A stretch of DNA of 63,997 nt, counting the filler, from Sanchytrium tribonematis (Eukaryota), in NCBI GenBank assembly GCA_018985235.1. It is 7 parts of 7 records of this genome, joined end to end, with 100 filler letters (N's around TTAATTAATTAA, not from the genome) between each part and the next. Parts side by side here need not be neighbours in the genome. Positions count along the whole stretch, not along the records: positions 18,135 to 47,007 come from JADGIG010000055.1; positions 47,108 to 53,012 come from JADGIG010000568.1; positions 53,113 to 59,009 come from JADGIG010000569.1; 4 more parts are not named here. One strand, given 5' to 3'. Below the pieces are notes generated by a model. That model ran no database searches. It saw nothing but the letters and a program-made list of their open reading frames with translations, and was not told the origin of the DNA. Shown in pieces: positions 42,859 to 54,326 of the stretch. The first letter of the stretch is position 1. Each line of letters opens with the position of its first letter. The position numbers were made by a program, and so were the translations under genes.

Positions 42859-44434
42859 TTATTGCCAAGTTTTAAAGAATCCCTCAATTTGGGCCTTCAA
42901 TTCACCTTCGATCGATTTGTCCAATTGTCCTTTTGATCTAATCTTTTCAAGTACTTCTTTTCCGGTTTCTCTCATGTACGGTAAAAATGCTTTTTCAAAC
43001 TCAGTGATTCTTTTAGTTTCAACTTTATCTAAAAATCCATTCACACCACAATAGATCAAAGCCACCTGGTCTTCAACAGGTAGAGGCTTATACTGATCTT
43101 GCTTTAATAATTCAGTTAGTCTAGCACCTCTATTTAATAAGAATTGGGTAGATGCATCCAAGTCACTACCAAATTGTGCGAATGCAGCAACTTCACGATA
43201 TTGAGCCAAAAATAATTTCAAAGAGCCAGCAACTTGCTTCATAGCCTTTAATTGTGCTGCGGAACCTACACGAGATACACTTAGACCAACATTAATAGCT
43301 GGTCTTACACCTTTAAAGAATAACTCTGCTTCCAAGAAAATTTGACCGTCAGTGATCGAAATGACATTAGTTGGAATATAAGCAGAAACATCACCTCCTA
43401 AATTAATATGTTGTACCTTGAGTTTCAATGACTGGAAGTGCTGTCAAAGAACCGGCCTTGAATTCATCATTCATCTTTGCAGCTCTTTCCAATAATCTCG
43501 AGTGCAGATAAAACACATCACCAGGGTAAGCTTCACGACCAGGAGGACGTCTTAACAATAAAGACATTTGACGATAAGCAACAGCTTGCTTGCTCAAATC
43601 ATCGTAAATAATTAATGAATGCTTTCCGTTATCTCTAAACCACTCACCCATAGCACATCCAGAATATGGAGCTAAGAATTGAAGTGGAGCAGCCTCGGAT
43701 GCTGTAGCAGCGACTACAATCGAATATTTCAAAGCATCATTTTCTTCTAACGTTTGAACAAATTGGGCAACTGTAGATCTCTTTTGCCCGATCGCAACGT
43801 ACACACAATAAAGTTTTTTGGACTCATCGGAGCCCTGGTTCCATTTCTTTTGATTTAAAATAGTGTCCAGAGCAACAGCTGTCTTTCCTGTCTGACGATC
43901 ACCAATAATTAATTCTCTTTGCCCTCTACCAATTGGCACCATACTATCAATACATTTAATGCCAGTTTGCATAGGCTCATGTACAGATTTTCTTGGAATA
44001 ATACCAGGAGCCTTCAATTGTACTCTAGTTCTAGTAGATGATTTAATTGGCCCTTTCCCATCGATAGGATTGCCGAGAGCATCAACAACTCGACCTAATA
44101 GCTCAGGACCAGTTGGAACATCGACGATATTTCCAGTTCGCTTCACAGTGTCTCCTTCTTTAATTAATCGATCATTTCCGAAGACCACAACACCGACATT
44201 ATCAGCTTCCAAATTCAATGCCATTCCTTGAAGTCCACTGCTAAATTGCACCATCTCTTCTGCTTGTACATTTTTTAAACCATACACACGAGCAATACCA
44301 TCTCCGATGCTTAATACTCGACCACTTTCTTGTAATTCGGGCTGGTTTCCAACTATTTTACCCTCCAATATACTGGTTAATTCTGCTGCTTTTGGCTTTT
44401 GCAAACGTACCAAGCTTGTGACTCTCGCGAACAT
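42859..44434 (-). CDS. ATP1: Mitochondrial F1 ATP synthase alpha, join(44434-43417,43397-42859), 518 aa
   Basis: [51 protein letters not shown] across the intron. Confidence 0.98.
43398..43416 (-). other. 19-nt spliceosomal intron (phase 1)
   Basis: GTACAACATATTAATTTAG; boundaries fixed by the conserved ETQGGDVS motif. Confidence 0.96.
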
Positions 44435-44587
44435 TTTGTCTCAAAGGGACCTCCGTGATTTTTTGCATATCCAAAAATCATTAGAGACATGTAAAAGTTA
44501 ATGCAGGATGGATCAAGGTCTCAAAAATCTTTATTTTGAATGAACAATTATAATATAAATTATAAAGGAGATGCCTGCTGATACCAA

Positions 44588-44953
44588 ATGACACATCCGA
44601 CTTTCACTAGAGCTTCAAAATCTGCCTTGGATCAACGAAGCAGAGTCTTGGCTCTGTATAGAGAAAGTTTGAGAAGTGCTGAGACCATGTGCAAATCATA
44701 TGCTATCAATTATCCACCTTCGGTGATAAAAAAAACTATTCGTCATCTTTTTGATGAAAATGCCCATTTTGAAGGCAAACAACTCGACGCAGCTTTGCTT
44801 AAAGGTCAAATGGAATTAAGAGAAGCATTAATGATTTGGAAGCAACCAACTCATATCAACAGATTAATTTCAAAATACTTGAACCATCAACAGACTTCCA
44901 ACAATCCCAAATCTGGATTTTTGCAAGACTTTATCACAGGAAAAATTCAGTAA
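44588..44953 (+). CDS. NDUFA6: Complex I LYR subunit B14
   Basis: RVLALYR, LLKG..EL.E....WKQ.TH, S.FL..F..G. Confidence 0.85.
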   Translation: MTHPTFTRASKSALDQRSRVLALYRESLRSAETMCKSYAINYPPSVIKKTIRHLFDENAHFEGKQLDAALLKGQMELREALMIWKQPTHINRLISKYLNHQQTSNNPKSGFLQDFITGKIQ

Positions 44954-44965
44954 AACAATTAGTAT

Positions 44966-45493
44966 TTATTCTGATAATTCTTCCACTAAAGGCTCGCTAG
45001 ACTGTAGCTGTTCCATTTGGCTCTGAGGTGTTTGTGGTGAGTCTAAAGCAATGACATGAACTAATAATTGAAACACTTTTTCTGGCAAGGATTTTTGATA
45101 CAATTGAATCAACTCTTGGGGAACAGGATAAACTTGCAAACCAGAATAAAATAGAACGCAAGCAGTCTCTAAATCCTGCACATTATTTGAGGTACATAAT
45201 TGTTCACCTTTAGCCAATACTTCCATGAAAAACTGCTCTTTTTTCTGAGGATCTGTTGGAAGATCGACTTGCTTGTACTGCGAGAGGACTCTGTTGGCGG
45301 ACTCCAAGATTTTTTCGCGAGAATGCAAAGGTTGTGATTCCAGACGCATTTGGTCAACCATTCGTTGTTCATTTTTTAATTCATTTCTAAACTTGTAATC
45401 CGTTCTTCTTTTGTAATCAAAATAGATGCAATATGAAATGAGACCGATGGCAACTGTTGAAATTGACGCTGCTTGAAAATAATTGACCGTCAT
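44966..45493 (-). CDS. TOM20: Mitochondrial import receptor Tom20
   Basis: YCIYFDYKRR.D..FR, GE.L, VYP.P..L..LYQ.SLP. Confidence 0.92.
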   Translation of the reverse strand: MTVNYFQAASISTVAIGLISYCIYFDYKRRTDYKFRNELKNEQRMVDQMRLESQPLHSREKILESANRVLSQYKQVDLPTDPQKKEQFFMEVLAKGEQLCTSNNVQDLETACVLFYSGLQVYPVPQELIQLYQKSLPEKVFQLLVHVIALDSPQTPQSQMEQLQSSEPLVEELSE

Positions 45494-45557
45494 GTTTCAA
45501 CCCCGTTGTGCTCAAAATTGTCAGTGAATCTTACAGAAAATTACACAACCGAATAAT

Positions 45558-46019
45558 TTATTTACAATTAGTTTTTAGCCCGTTCTTGTAATCTACTCTC
45601 GTATCCATCTGATCCGTGTTGAACGATCTCTCATGAGCAATCCACTTTGGAGCGTCACTAAAAATTCTCATCGCTTTTATATACATATTATCGTCTAGGC
45701 TAAATCGGTGGTATATACCCGCGGGAATGATAACGAAATCTCCCTTTTGGATTGATATGCGCAGCCAATTATCTTTCTCATTTCTAACATCAAAAAATCC
45801 AGATCCTTCCAAGACATATCTCATCTCATCGTCTTCATGCAAATGCTCCACGTAAAATTTCTCAAGCAAAGATTTCAAACCTGGAGTCTCATGTGATAAA
45901 GTCACTATATCCTTATTTGCATGAATGGAAATGTCTTCCATTCTACAATTTCTGATAAGGAAAACTCCTAATTTACACAAACTCTCATCGCCTTTATTCA
46001 TGAGGGAGCTTGAGATCAT
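45558..46019 (-). CDS. ADI1: Acireductone dioxygenase
   Basis: EHLHEDDE.RY...GSG.FDVR, PAGIYHRF, AMR.F. Confidence 0.93.
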   Translation of the reverse strand: MISSSLMNKGDESLCKLGVFLIRNCRMEDISIHANKDIVTLSHETPGLKSLLEKFYVEHLHEDDEMRYVLEGSGFFDVRNEKDNWLRISIQKGDFVIIPAGIYHRFSLDDNMYIKAMRIFSDAPKWIAHERSFNTDQMDTRVDYKNGLKTNCK

Positions 46020-46114
46020 TTTAAATATTCAAAACGATTAAAACGTCTAACATGTGAAATCCAATATTCACTTGCCAAGATTTGAGACGTAGTCATAAAA
46101 CTTAAAATGATTTA

Positions 46115-46780
46115 TTATACATTCGAGTGTTCTGAGGTCTCTTTGGCAACAGATTTTCTCTTAGATTCATTACTTTTCGTTGAATTAGATTTTCCCTTGA
46201 ATAAATCCACCCAAGATTTCCAAATATCATAATCTTCTTCATCGTCCTCGATATCTTCACGCAATTGCATGATGCTAACTGGCCTGGACCTTCTATTATC
46301 GCCGCTGCTTTTGGCGCGTTCTCGCCTTCTTTTTAATCGTCGCATATACTTCCGCATATAATGGTAAAATACAATTAAACGATTAATGACTGCAACTAAA
46401 TGAATGGGACAATAGATAAGCAGTGTCCAACAAAGTATAGTTGCCGCACTTGAGTTACTACCATCTTTCAAGTCGCCAAATAAATATGCATATTCAAAAC
46501 TCATTGCGATTAGACAAACGTGTGAAAACATCGCAATGATATTAAACTTGTGGTAAAATCCTGTAAAGCCCATAAGTGCTGCCGCTAATAGTAGATAACC
46601 AATTCTACCTGTGCCATTTCCGACGTCATACACAATGCATAAAATGGCAATTGTGAGATTTACTGTATATAATGCAGTCAAGTCGTGTCGAATATTGTTA
46701 TTAATAACTCCTGGCATTGGGATGCAATTGATGTTGAGATGTTTAATAACAAAACTTGAACAATCGTGATTGGTGTACAT
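46115..46780 (-). CDS. Four-TM hypothetical membrane protein
   Basis: Four hydrophobic segments then a basic/acidic tail. Confidence 0.6.
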   Translation of the reverse strand: MYTNHDCSSFVIKHLNINCIPMPGVINNNIRHDLTALYTVNLTIAILCIVYDVGNGTGRIGYLLLAAALMGFTGFYHKFNIIAMFSHVCLIAMSFEYAYLFGDLKDGSNSSAATILCWTLLIYCPIHLVAVINRLIVFYHYMRKYMRRLKRRRERAKSSGDNRRSRPVSIMQLREDIEDDEEDYDIWKSWVDLFKGKSNSTKSNESKRKSVAKETSEHSNV

Positions 46781-47007
46781 TTGATTATTTTTCCTTAGAC
46801 AGTCTTTGAGTTTTAAGTTGGTGATTAGAAATTCTCTCGAGAAAAAGACAATAATTTGATTCTAATCAATCCAATATTAACCATTTTAAAAGGAAGATGA
46901 TTCTGATGGATAATCTACTCGTCAGTTTCAGAAGGGCTCCCAATAGATTTGTAAGGTAATTTGGTTATGCCAATCAGATGAGTCGTTGAATTGCAATTAA
47001 AACCAGA

Positions 47008-47107
47008 NNNNNNNNNNNNNNNNNNNNNNNNNNNNNNNNNNNNNNNNNNNNTTAATTAATTAANNNNNNNNNNNNNNNNNNNNNNNNNNNNNNNNNNNNN
47101 NNNNNNN
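47008..47107. other. Artificial contig linker
   Basis: N44-TTAATTAATTAA-N44. Confidence 0.98.
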
Positions 47108-48290
47108 TAAATTGATTTTTGGGGATCTTGCCATCAACTAATGCTGGAGGCTGGATCATTTCTGTTTGTTCCTCTGCGAATAATTTGTACTCTTTCACAC
47201 CAAGTTCATCAATTTCTGATATTTTTCTTTTTCTTCTGGTTAATATTTCCAAAGGCAATTCTCCACATTTCACACGCTTGCCGATGCGAAGCCATCTATC
47301 CTCGGTATACAAATTTTCTAATTGAGATTTTCTATAAACATTAATCCCTTTTACAACTCCTATTGGGGATTCGCTTTTGCGGATCCTTTTATAGATTGGT
47401 ATTTTGTTCGAAATAACATAAAGTGGGTGTGATTGAAGAAGCGATATAGTTTTGGGCATAGGCTCCTTCAATGCCTTTTCATTCAAAGATACTAACTCTT
47501 TTTGGTAAATGGATTTAATTTCAAGTGACGTGGTGCATTTTACCAATTTCAGTAGGCTGTCCCACTCCTTAATTCTTCCTTTGTAAGACTTGCCATAAAA
47601 CATATTACAATATCTTATACTTGTATCAGAAACAAAGCCATAATTATCTATTGCTAGTACGTATGGAATAAAGTCCTGCTTTCTAATCGATTGAATGTTC
47701 CTGCATCTATTCACAACGATCTTCTCGAACAAAAAAGCTTTTGTATTAAAACCACCGCTCATAACATCTAAAAAAATCCATTCGTCTTTTCCAGGAATGT
47801 ATATATCTACCCAACTTGTATACAGGTCAAACTTATTAATGTCTTCTTTATACCACGAGGGAAATATTGCAAGATTAATTCGAGAAAGAGCTCCTACACT
47901 TCGAAATAAGACAGTTAAAATAATGCTTAGGGTTTCCCCACTACATCTTCGTGATGCGATTTCTTCTATTAGTTGTTGATTTGTATTGCAAAATTTAATG
48001 TCAGTTTTGGTAAAGTGAACTTGCATAAATTGTATTAGCTCTTTGGAAGCCTTGTAAATATTCTGAGAAAGATTTGTAATTAATTTTGTTGGAAATAAAG
48101 AGATAATCATGGCAATAATTTTATCATTAGTTGTCCATTCATTTTTAATTTTCGATAACAACAGTGTTAACGCAAGCTGGTGCAGGTGGAACATTTTGTC
48201 TTTTTTCACTTTCGTTTGGAGAGTAATTATAATAGGTTCACTTTTTCTCTCGTTCGCATCTTCATGAACCGATTCCCAATCTGATGACAT
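47108..48290 (-). CDS. RAD4: Rad4/XPC nucleotide excision repair protein, 3' partial
   Basis: WE.V, transglutaminase-like core, P.T......HPLY, W.R.G, PP..VDG.IPKN.F. Confidence 0.85.
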
Positions 48291-48337
48291 CCGTGTTTGA
48301 TTGTATATATCTTAAAAAACAAATAATGAAATTTATT

Positions 48338-48598
48338 TCAGTGGTGCTGGCCTGATTCATGACCATGTCCATGGTGATCATCGTGTTTATTGTAAACACT
48401 ATCATAAACACAATAAGCTGTGAAAATGGCGATTGCTGTTCCAAGACCAGGAAATATTTCTCGTATTTTAATTTTACTTACTCTTGGATCCAATTTCCAG
48501 GAATGATGCTTAGCCCACGGATCTTTTAAAGGCTTTCTTAATGCAGGATCAGATAGTGGAAAATCGGATCTTGCTCTTTTGAAAAAGGCAGATATCAT
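48338..48598 (-). CDS. NDUFB3: Complex I subunit B12
   Basis: KDPW.....W, FPGLG.A...F..YC, His-rich tail. Confidence 0.82.
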   Translation of the reverse strand: MISAFFKRARSDFPLSDPALRKPLKDPWAKHHSWKLDPRVSKIKIREIFPGLGTAIAIFTAYCVYDSVYNKHDDHHGHGHESGQHH

Positions 48599-48619
48599 TT
48601 GTTTTTCAGGGAGATTTTA

Positions 48620-48886
48620 TTATTTTTTCCGATACCGACTTTTAAGTTTAAACAAAATAAATAAAAGAAAAGAGAGTACCCCAGCGATTGGAATTATGTA
48701 AAATTTATATTTTAAAAACCAGTGCTCTGGCTTTTCTTTCTTAACCAAGCTATACAATTTTTCTTTCTGATCGTCGGTTAATTTGTTCAACTTGACGAAA
48801 TTGTCCACTTGATTGAAAGTCAATTCTCTTTTGATATGCAAAACAATTATGTCTTCTACCGATTTTATTTCCAATGTCTTAGACAT
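48620..48886 (-). CDS. Small tail-anchored membrane protein
   Basis: C-terminal TM plus basic tail; CTCCTTGA upstream of ATG. Confidence 0.6.
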   Translation of the reverse strand: MSKTLEIKSVEDIIVLHIKRELTFNQVDNFVKLNKLTDDQKEKLYSLVKKEKPEHWFLKYKFYIIPIAGVLSFLLFILFKLKSRYRKK

Positions 48887-48913
48887 AAGAATTCAAGGAG
48901 CTGAAAATATTTA

Positions 48914-50255
48914 TTAAAGAGAAGCTAATTTTCCAAATAAATCTTTCCAATTTCCTGTCGGATCAATTAAATAAATAGAATCATAAGCGTTCTGTATTTG
49001 AGAATCTGTGGCATTAGGATACAATGAATGGATTGCATTTTCAAATTTCTGCTTAGATGAAAGAATATGAACATCAGGAGACAGTACCACAGGCGAGTCA
49101 ATCAAAGGTCTCGATGTCTTTTGTTTCATTGTTCCTCTCACTGTGCCATATTCATCTTCATTTGTTCTACCTCCAAAGGTCTCTATATTTGAATTGTCGG
49201 TTATAGGAGCCGAGATGAGAGGAGCTTGAAAATTGGAAATTTTGAGTGTTCCACTTTCATTATTCTTAGATTTCGCTTTCACTGTACCCTTTTTTACCGT
49301 TCCAAAATCCCATTCAATATCTATTTCTCTAAGTTAATATTAGATACTTTTCGGCATCACTTTCATTTTCTTCCTCTTCCTTTGATGGATTCTCTGCTTT
49401 TATTCTATCTCTTCTTTCTATCAACTCAGTTAAGTAGCTTGTCTTTTTAACTTTGACGAAAAATTTGTGCTTTAGAAGCTCCTTCGCAGATGGTCTACTC
49501 TCTGGATCTTTTTGCAAACAGGCGGCGACAAATTCTTTAAATTCTCTTTTGTAATCACCTTCCAGAGCTGGAGGATCATTCTTCGGAATAATAAAAAGAA
49601 CTCGCATTGGATGCATTTCAGCATGTGGTGGTTCGCCTTTCGAAAGCTCGATAGCTGTAATTCCGAGTGACCAAATATCGGCTTTATAATCATAACCGAC
49701 TTGTTTAATAATTTCTGGCGCCATCCAGAATGGTGTGCCAACAAACGTATTTTTTTTCGTCATTGTGGCACTTATTTGTCCACTGACCCCAAAATCTGCC
49801 AATTTAACACTTCCATCTCCAGTCAATAAAATGTTTGCACTTTTTATATCCCTATGAAGTTTTTGCTGAGCGTGAATGTATTCCAGCCCCTTCAGTACTT
49901 CCCTTAAAATTATACAAGAATACACTTCTTCAAAACCTCCAATTGTCTTTAATAAATCCAAACAACTTCCACCAGCCGCATATTCCATAACAATCCATAA
50001 ATTTGTAGTTTCTAAAAATGAAGCATAGAATTTGGTAATAAATGGGCAATCTAATTGAGACAATATTTGAATTTCTTGCTGTATGTCCTCGATTTCATCT
50101 TCGGCTTGTTCCAAATTAATCACTTTGATCGCGACAGCTTCTCCAGATTCAGCGTTATATCCTTTATATACACTGCCAAATGATCCCTTTCCAATTCTAT
50201 TTTGTCTAACAAAATGACTTGCATTGGAAATATGAGTTTGACTCTGTTGAGACAT
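48914..50255 (-). CDS. GCK-III (MST3/STK25-like) STE20 kinase, join(50255-49348,49328-48914), 440 aa
   Basis: [47 protein letters not shown] after splicing. Confidence 0.92.
49329..49347 (-). other. 19-nt spliceosomal intron (phase 2)
   Basis: GTATCTAATATTAACTTAG. Confidence 0.88.
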
Positions 50256-50333
50256 TTAAAAATATGAGTTTCAAGGCTTATTGACGCGTCAAAATTTATT
50301 TCTGCAAGATATTCATCTAGATGTGTATTCCAC

Positions 50334-50654
50334 TCAATTACTATTTATGGGTAAGGATCTATTCGGGGTTGCTTTATACATCATACAAAATTCCCCTATT
50401 TTGTAAACAATGGAAAGATCATTGTACCGTAACCTAACTGCATCATTCATCTGTTTACAATCAAATCCTTTTAATTCAATTATGTCGCCTATTTCCAAAT
50501 ATTCTGCGAATTTGTATGGTATATCGACAAAAATAGAGCCAGTACTATCTGCAATAAGAAAAGTACCACCTTTTACTCTTTCAATGATGATTGCTTTGCA
50601 TTGTATGTTATTCGCTTGTATTAATCCGATAATAGGTTTGTACAGAGTAGACAT
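50334..50654 (-). CDS. SOSS-B/NABP (hSSB1-like) OB-fold ssDNA-binding protein
   Basis: AD.TGSI, GDII.L, KIGEFCM.Y...PN.S. Confidence 0.8.
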   Translation of the reverse strand: MSTLYKPIIGLIQANNIQCKAIIIERVKGGTFLIADSTGSIFVDIPYKFAEYLEIGDIIELKGFDCKQMNDAVRLRYNDLSIVYKIGEFCMMYKATPNRSLPINSN

Positions 50655-50801
50655 GAGTCAAAAATTGTTAACTCCTTAAAAAAAATTGGCATGGTCCACA
50701 TGACCACAGTGCTTGCAGAACATTAGAAATGCTTTTTGACAATTTCAATTATAAATTCCACACTTTAAATTTTGTGACGTCGCCTAAAATTTGCTCATAT
50801 T

Positions 50802-51804
50802 ATGTTGAGCAGTTCCGATAAGTTTCAATCGTCCTCCACAGGATACCTCTGTAAGCAATATAAGATAGACAAATGTATTGGAAAAGGAAGCTTTGGCTGT
50901 GTACTGAAATGCAAAAAAGGTCAAAGCTTTTACGCTATTAAAGTTTTACATAAAACTCCAGAATTTTATGAACTGGGATTACATGAGATTTCGTTACTTA
51001 AAAATCTCAAGCATCCAAATGTTGTGAGCTTTGTACATCACTTCGTCGACCAGGGTCATTTAAGTATTGTATTTGAATTGTTAGGACCTAGTCTTTATGA
51101 GATATTAAAGAAACGAGACTACAAAGGATTCAATTTAAAAGTCATTGCAAGTATATCAGAACAGCTTTTATCGGTATTGATCTATTTAAGAGAAAAGAAA
51201 ATATGCCACGCTGATTTAAAGCCAGAAAATGTTTTGTTTGTTGAAGAGTTTACTACGAAAATCAAATTGATCGATTTTGGAAGTGCCTGCATTGACCCAA
51301 AATACTCATATATACAATCAAGATATTACAGGAGTCCAGAGGTACTTCTTTCTGCTCCATATGGAGTACAAATGGATATGTTCAGCTTTGGGGTTATGCT
51401 GGCTGAGTTGTATACTGGAAAGCCATTGTTTGCTGGAGAAAACGAGCACTCTCAGCTAATACTTATATCTAAAATATTAGGGAAACCGCCGCAATACATA
51501 CTTTATGCGTCAAATAGCTTAAAAATTGATAAATTCTTTGGTACTTTATGCTCATCTAGACTGCTTTTATAATTGGCAACCATGTCATTCAAAAAGAAAC
51601 ACGTATACCGGTTGCAATATTATAAAAAGTCCAGTGGAGGTTCGAGAGTCTCTGGGTGTCGTGCTCCAGTTACCGCAAACACACGATTTTATAGATTTGC
51701 TATCGAAATGTATAACATGGGATAGTATACAAAGAATTATACCCTCTGATGCAATAAGCTCTAAATTTATAAAAGGTCAAAAAACCACGTTTTTAGGATC
51801 CTAA
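50802..51804 (+). CDS. DYRK/Yak1-family kinase, join(50802-51540,51560-51804), 327 aa
   Basis: HADLKPEN, IDFGSAC, YIQSRYYRSPE. Confidence 0.9.
51541..51559 (+). other. 19-nt spliceosomal intron (phase 1)
   Basis: GTACTTTATGCTCATCTAG; brings kinase subdomain XI (FIDLL.KC..WD...R) into frame. Confidence 0.88.
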
Positions 51805-51852
51805 TAAATCCTGCTATTGAAATTTTAAAATTTTGATCCTCCTTTTGTTTCT

Positions 51853-52390
51853 ATGAATTTTAATTCTGATTTTGTAGATGTCTTAAATTCTTTGCCGAAT
51901 GAGATCGTTAGTAAGCTGACCACTCTAAAGGAAAAAGATGCTATTGGAAATCAATATTTTGACGAGCTGGAGCAAAAAACCAAGAATATTATAGATCTAG
52001 ATGAAAAATTATCTGATTCAGATACCACAAAATTGTATGATCTGTTTAAAAGAACATTGACTATATATGAAGAAAAAGTAGCGATAAGCTCGCAAATGCA
52101 TGACCTTGTTGAATCAAATATTAGAAGAATTGATGAAGATTTACAAAGAATGTCAGCGAATGACAATGTGGCTCCAACCATGCATATAGAAGTTGAGCAA
52201 AAGTATTGCTATTGTCAACAACCGGCTAGTGGAGAGATGGTCGGTTGTGATGCTGACAATTGTCCTATTGAGTGGTTTCATTTGGGATGCACAAATTTGA
52301 TCAAAATCCCAACAGGTAAAAATTATTTATGAAGGCAAATGGTATTGCGACGAGTGTTTAGGAAAAAGAAAAGTTGGGATAAAAAGATAA
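51853..52390 (+). CDS. ING-family PHD finger protein, join(51853-52315,52335-52390), 172 aa
   Basis: LNSLP.E coiled-coil, YCYCQ....GEMVGCD..CPIEWFH..C, P.G|KWYC..C. Confidence 0.93.
52316..52334 (+). other. 19-nt spliceosomal intron (phase 1, AAG acceptor)
   Basis: GTAAAAATTATTTATGAAG; required for the last two PHD Cys. Confidence 0.92.
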
Positions 52391-52453
52391 TTTGAATCAC
52401 ATTTAATAAACCGTATATCTAATTTAATTTTCACTTTACGGCATGTTCTATTT

Positions 52454-53012
52454 TCAATTTAAGGAAGGAAAAAAATCATCAAATGACTTGGTTTTGTATT
52501 CGCCAAGAAAATCAAATTTCGGTTCAAGTTTGATATCTGCCTGAACGCGTGAACTCTGAGTAATATCGAGATCACGAAATTGTTGAGCAAAATCAAAGGG
52601 ATCGCTTTCTTTTGTCGGAGAATACTGATTCGATAAAAACTCCTGATTTAGGGTACCCAGACTTCCAAAATTTGCGAATGACTGCTCAAATAAGGACGAG
52701 TCAAAGGTGTTTTCAACAGGTTCTTTTTCTGTGTTTTTTTCTTCCCCGTAGCCTTTAGGTCTTGGCAATTTCATTTGCGATACCTTCATATTATTTAAAG
52801 GGCCTTCGACCAAAAGGCTCTTTTCGCGAAAATGTCCGATGAGATGAAACCATAAAGAATTCTTCGCCAACACTCTGGGGTTTCCAACAATAATAAGTCC
52901 GAATTTGGACCTAGTAATAGCCACATTCAATCTGCGAGGATCTCTCAAGAATCCGATTCCTTGCTTTTCATTAGATCTGACACACGTTAAAATAATATAA
53001 TCTTTTTCCCGA
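52454..53012 (-). CDS. UPF1: Upf1/Nam7 NMD helicase, C-terminal part
   Basis: [32 protein letters not shown]...[12 protein letters not shown]. Confidence 0.9.
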
Positions 53013-53112
53013 NNNNNNNNNNNNNNNNNNNNNNNNNNNNNNNNNNNNNNNNNNNNTTAATTAATTAANNNNNNNNNNNNNNNNNNNNNNNNNNNNNNNN
53101 NNNNNNNNNNNN
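53013..53112. other. Artificial contig linker
   Basis: N44-TTAATTAATTAA-N44. Confidence 0.98.
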
Positions 53113-54116
53113 CGCATTTGACTACTGATAGATGGCAATGTTGTTGCAATAAATGGTACGGTAGTTTCACTAGTCTGAATCGTCCGACTAATGGTATCAG
53201 AAGTATGGGTATTGCCGAATGCATTGCTGGTCGTGTGGGATATGTCTGCTGTGGATGATGAAATCAAAGTAGTAAAAGTTGAAACAGTGGAGGAAATCAT
53301 GATTAGATCTTGCTTACAAATGGACAAAGCTGTTCTATTTCCTACAAATGGATTATCAGATATATCGCAAAGTATGACTTTGGATGTATCTAATATTTGC
53401 AAGTTCTGCAAATTGGAATGTGCTAAAAAGACATAGATGGGTTGATTTAATGTGAGATTATAGGGATTAAATAGATTCAATGCTAGATCTAATTTGGTCA
53501 TGATGTTATTGAGAGGTGGAAGGGTACCACTAAGGAGATTTCTGGCTAGAGCTAATTCATTCAATCCAACAGGTAAATTCGGAACTGTGCCGGTAATTTG
53601 ATTATTGACAGCCAAAAATGCAATCAAGGTCGAGGGAAAACTATTTGGTAAGGTGCCATTGAGTTGATTCACATTGTAATCTACAAGTTGGAGGAAATTA
53701 GGAAGACTTGGAATTTGACCTTGGAAGTTGTTGAAACCGAATCCTAATACTCTTAAATTTAACGGAATATTGGGTACTTGCCCAGAATGTTTATTGGACC
53801 AGGCATCTAACACATTGAGCTGATCAGGGAGTTTCCCAAATTCACCAGATACCAAATTATCACGATATGACAAAACTGTGAGAGATGGTGGTATAGCAGT
53901 GACATTCAAAGTTCCATTTAGATTTTTACTATCCCAATAAATGCTATTAACTGTGGAAGTTGGTAAATTACCATTGCAATTGATATTCGCTGAAGTGCAG
54001 CAATTATTGAGCACGTCAGAAAATAATTGGGGTGCTGATAATTGCATATTGAATCCACGTGCTAAATTGATCACATTTTCGCAGTCTGTGAAACCATATA
54101 TCACTTGTAACAACAT
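53113..54116 (-). CDS. LRR receptor-like protein, 3' partial
   Basis: MLLQVIYG signal, DC..CC..C cap, LRRs, CDIS.NP, Ser/Thr stalk. Confidence 0.85.
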
Positions 54117-54326
54117 GTCTCATTGAAAAGGGCATCGTGCGATTTTATGAAAAGTCTAGTAATTTGATTGGATAAAATTAGAATATTCTCGTTTATGACT
54201 AATCAAATGTGGACGTCAATGCTCAATATAAAAACACTGCCCATCTTTAATAGAGCTTAATAAAATTATCTTTTAAAGGGAGTTCACCAGAGTTTTTTGA
54301 AACTGTCATTCAAACGACTTCTTAGA

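Noticed and set aside
43398..43428. Split ATP1, CDC55, ING, RRM and kinase ORFs as pseudogenes or programmed frameshifts
   Set aside because: Each break has an exact GT-AG 19-mer whose removal restores conserved residues
42859..45493. ATP1-NDUFA6-TOM20 as a mitochondrial gene cluster
   Set aside because: Three neighbours could be chance in a gene-dense genome; needs synteny evidence
50281..50292. Palindrome TTGACGCGTCAA (MCB-like core) upstream of the GCK-III kinase
   Set aside because: Single occurrence with no supporting pattern
34355..50680. AGGAG/AAGGAG before ATGs read as Shine-Dalgarno sites or operons
   Set aside because: Genes are eukaryotic with introns and AATAAA; the motif appears in both orientations at variable spacing
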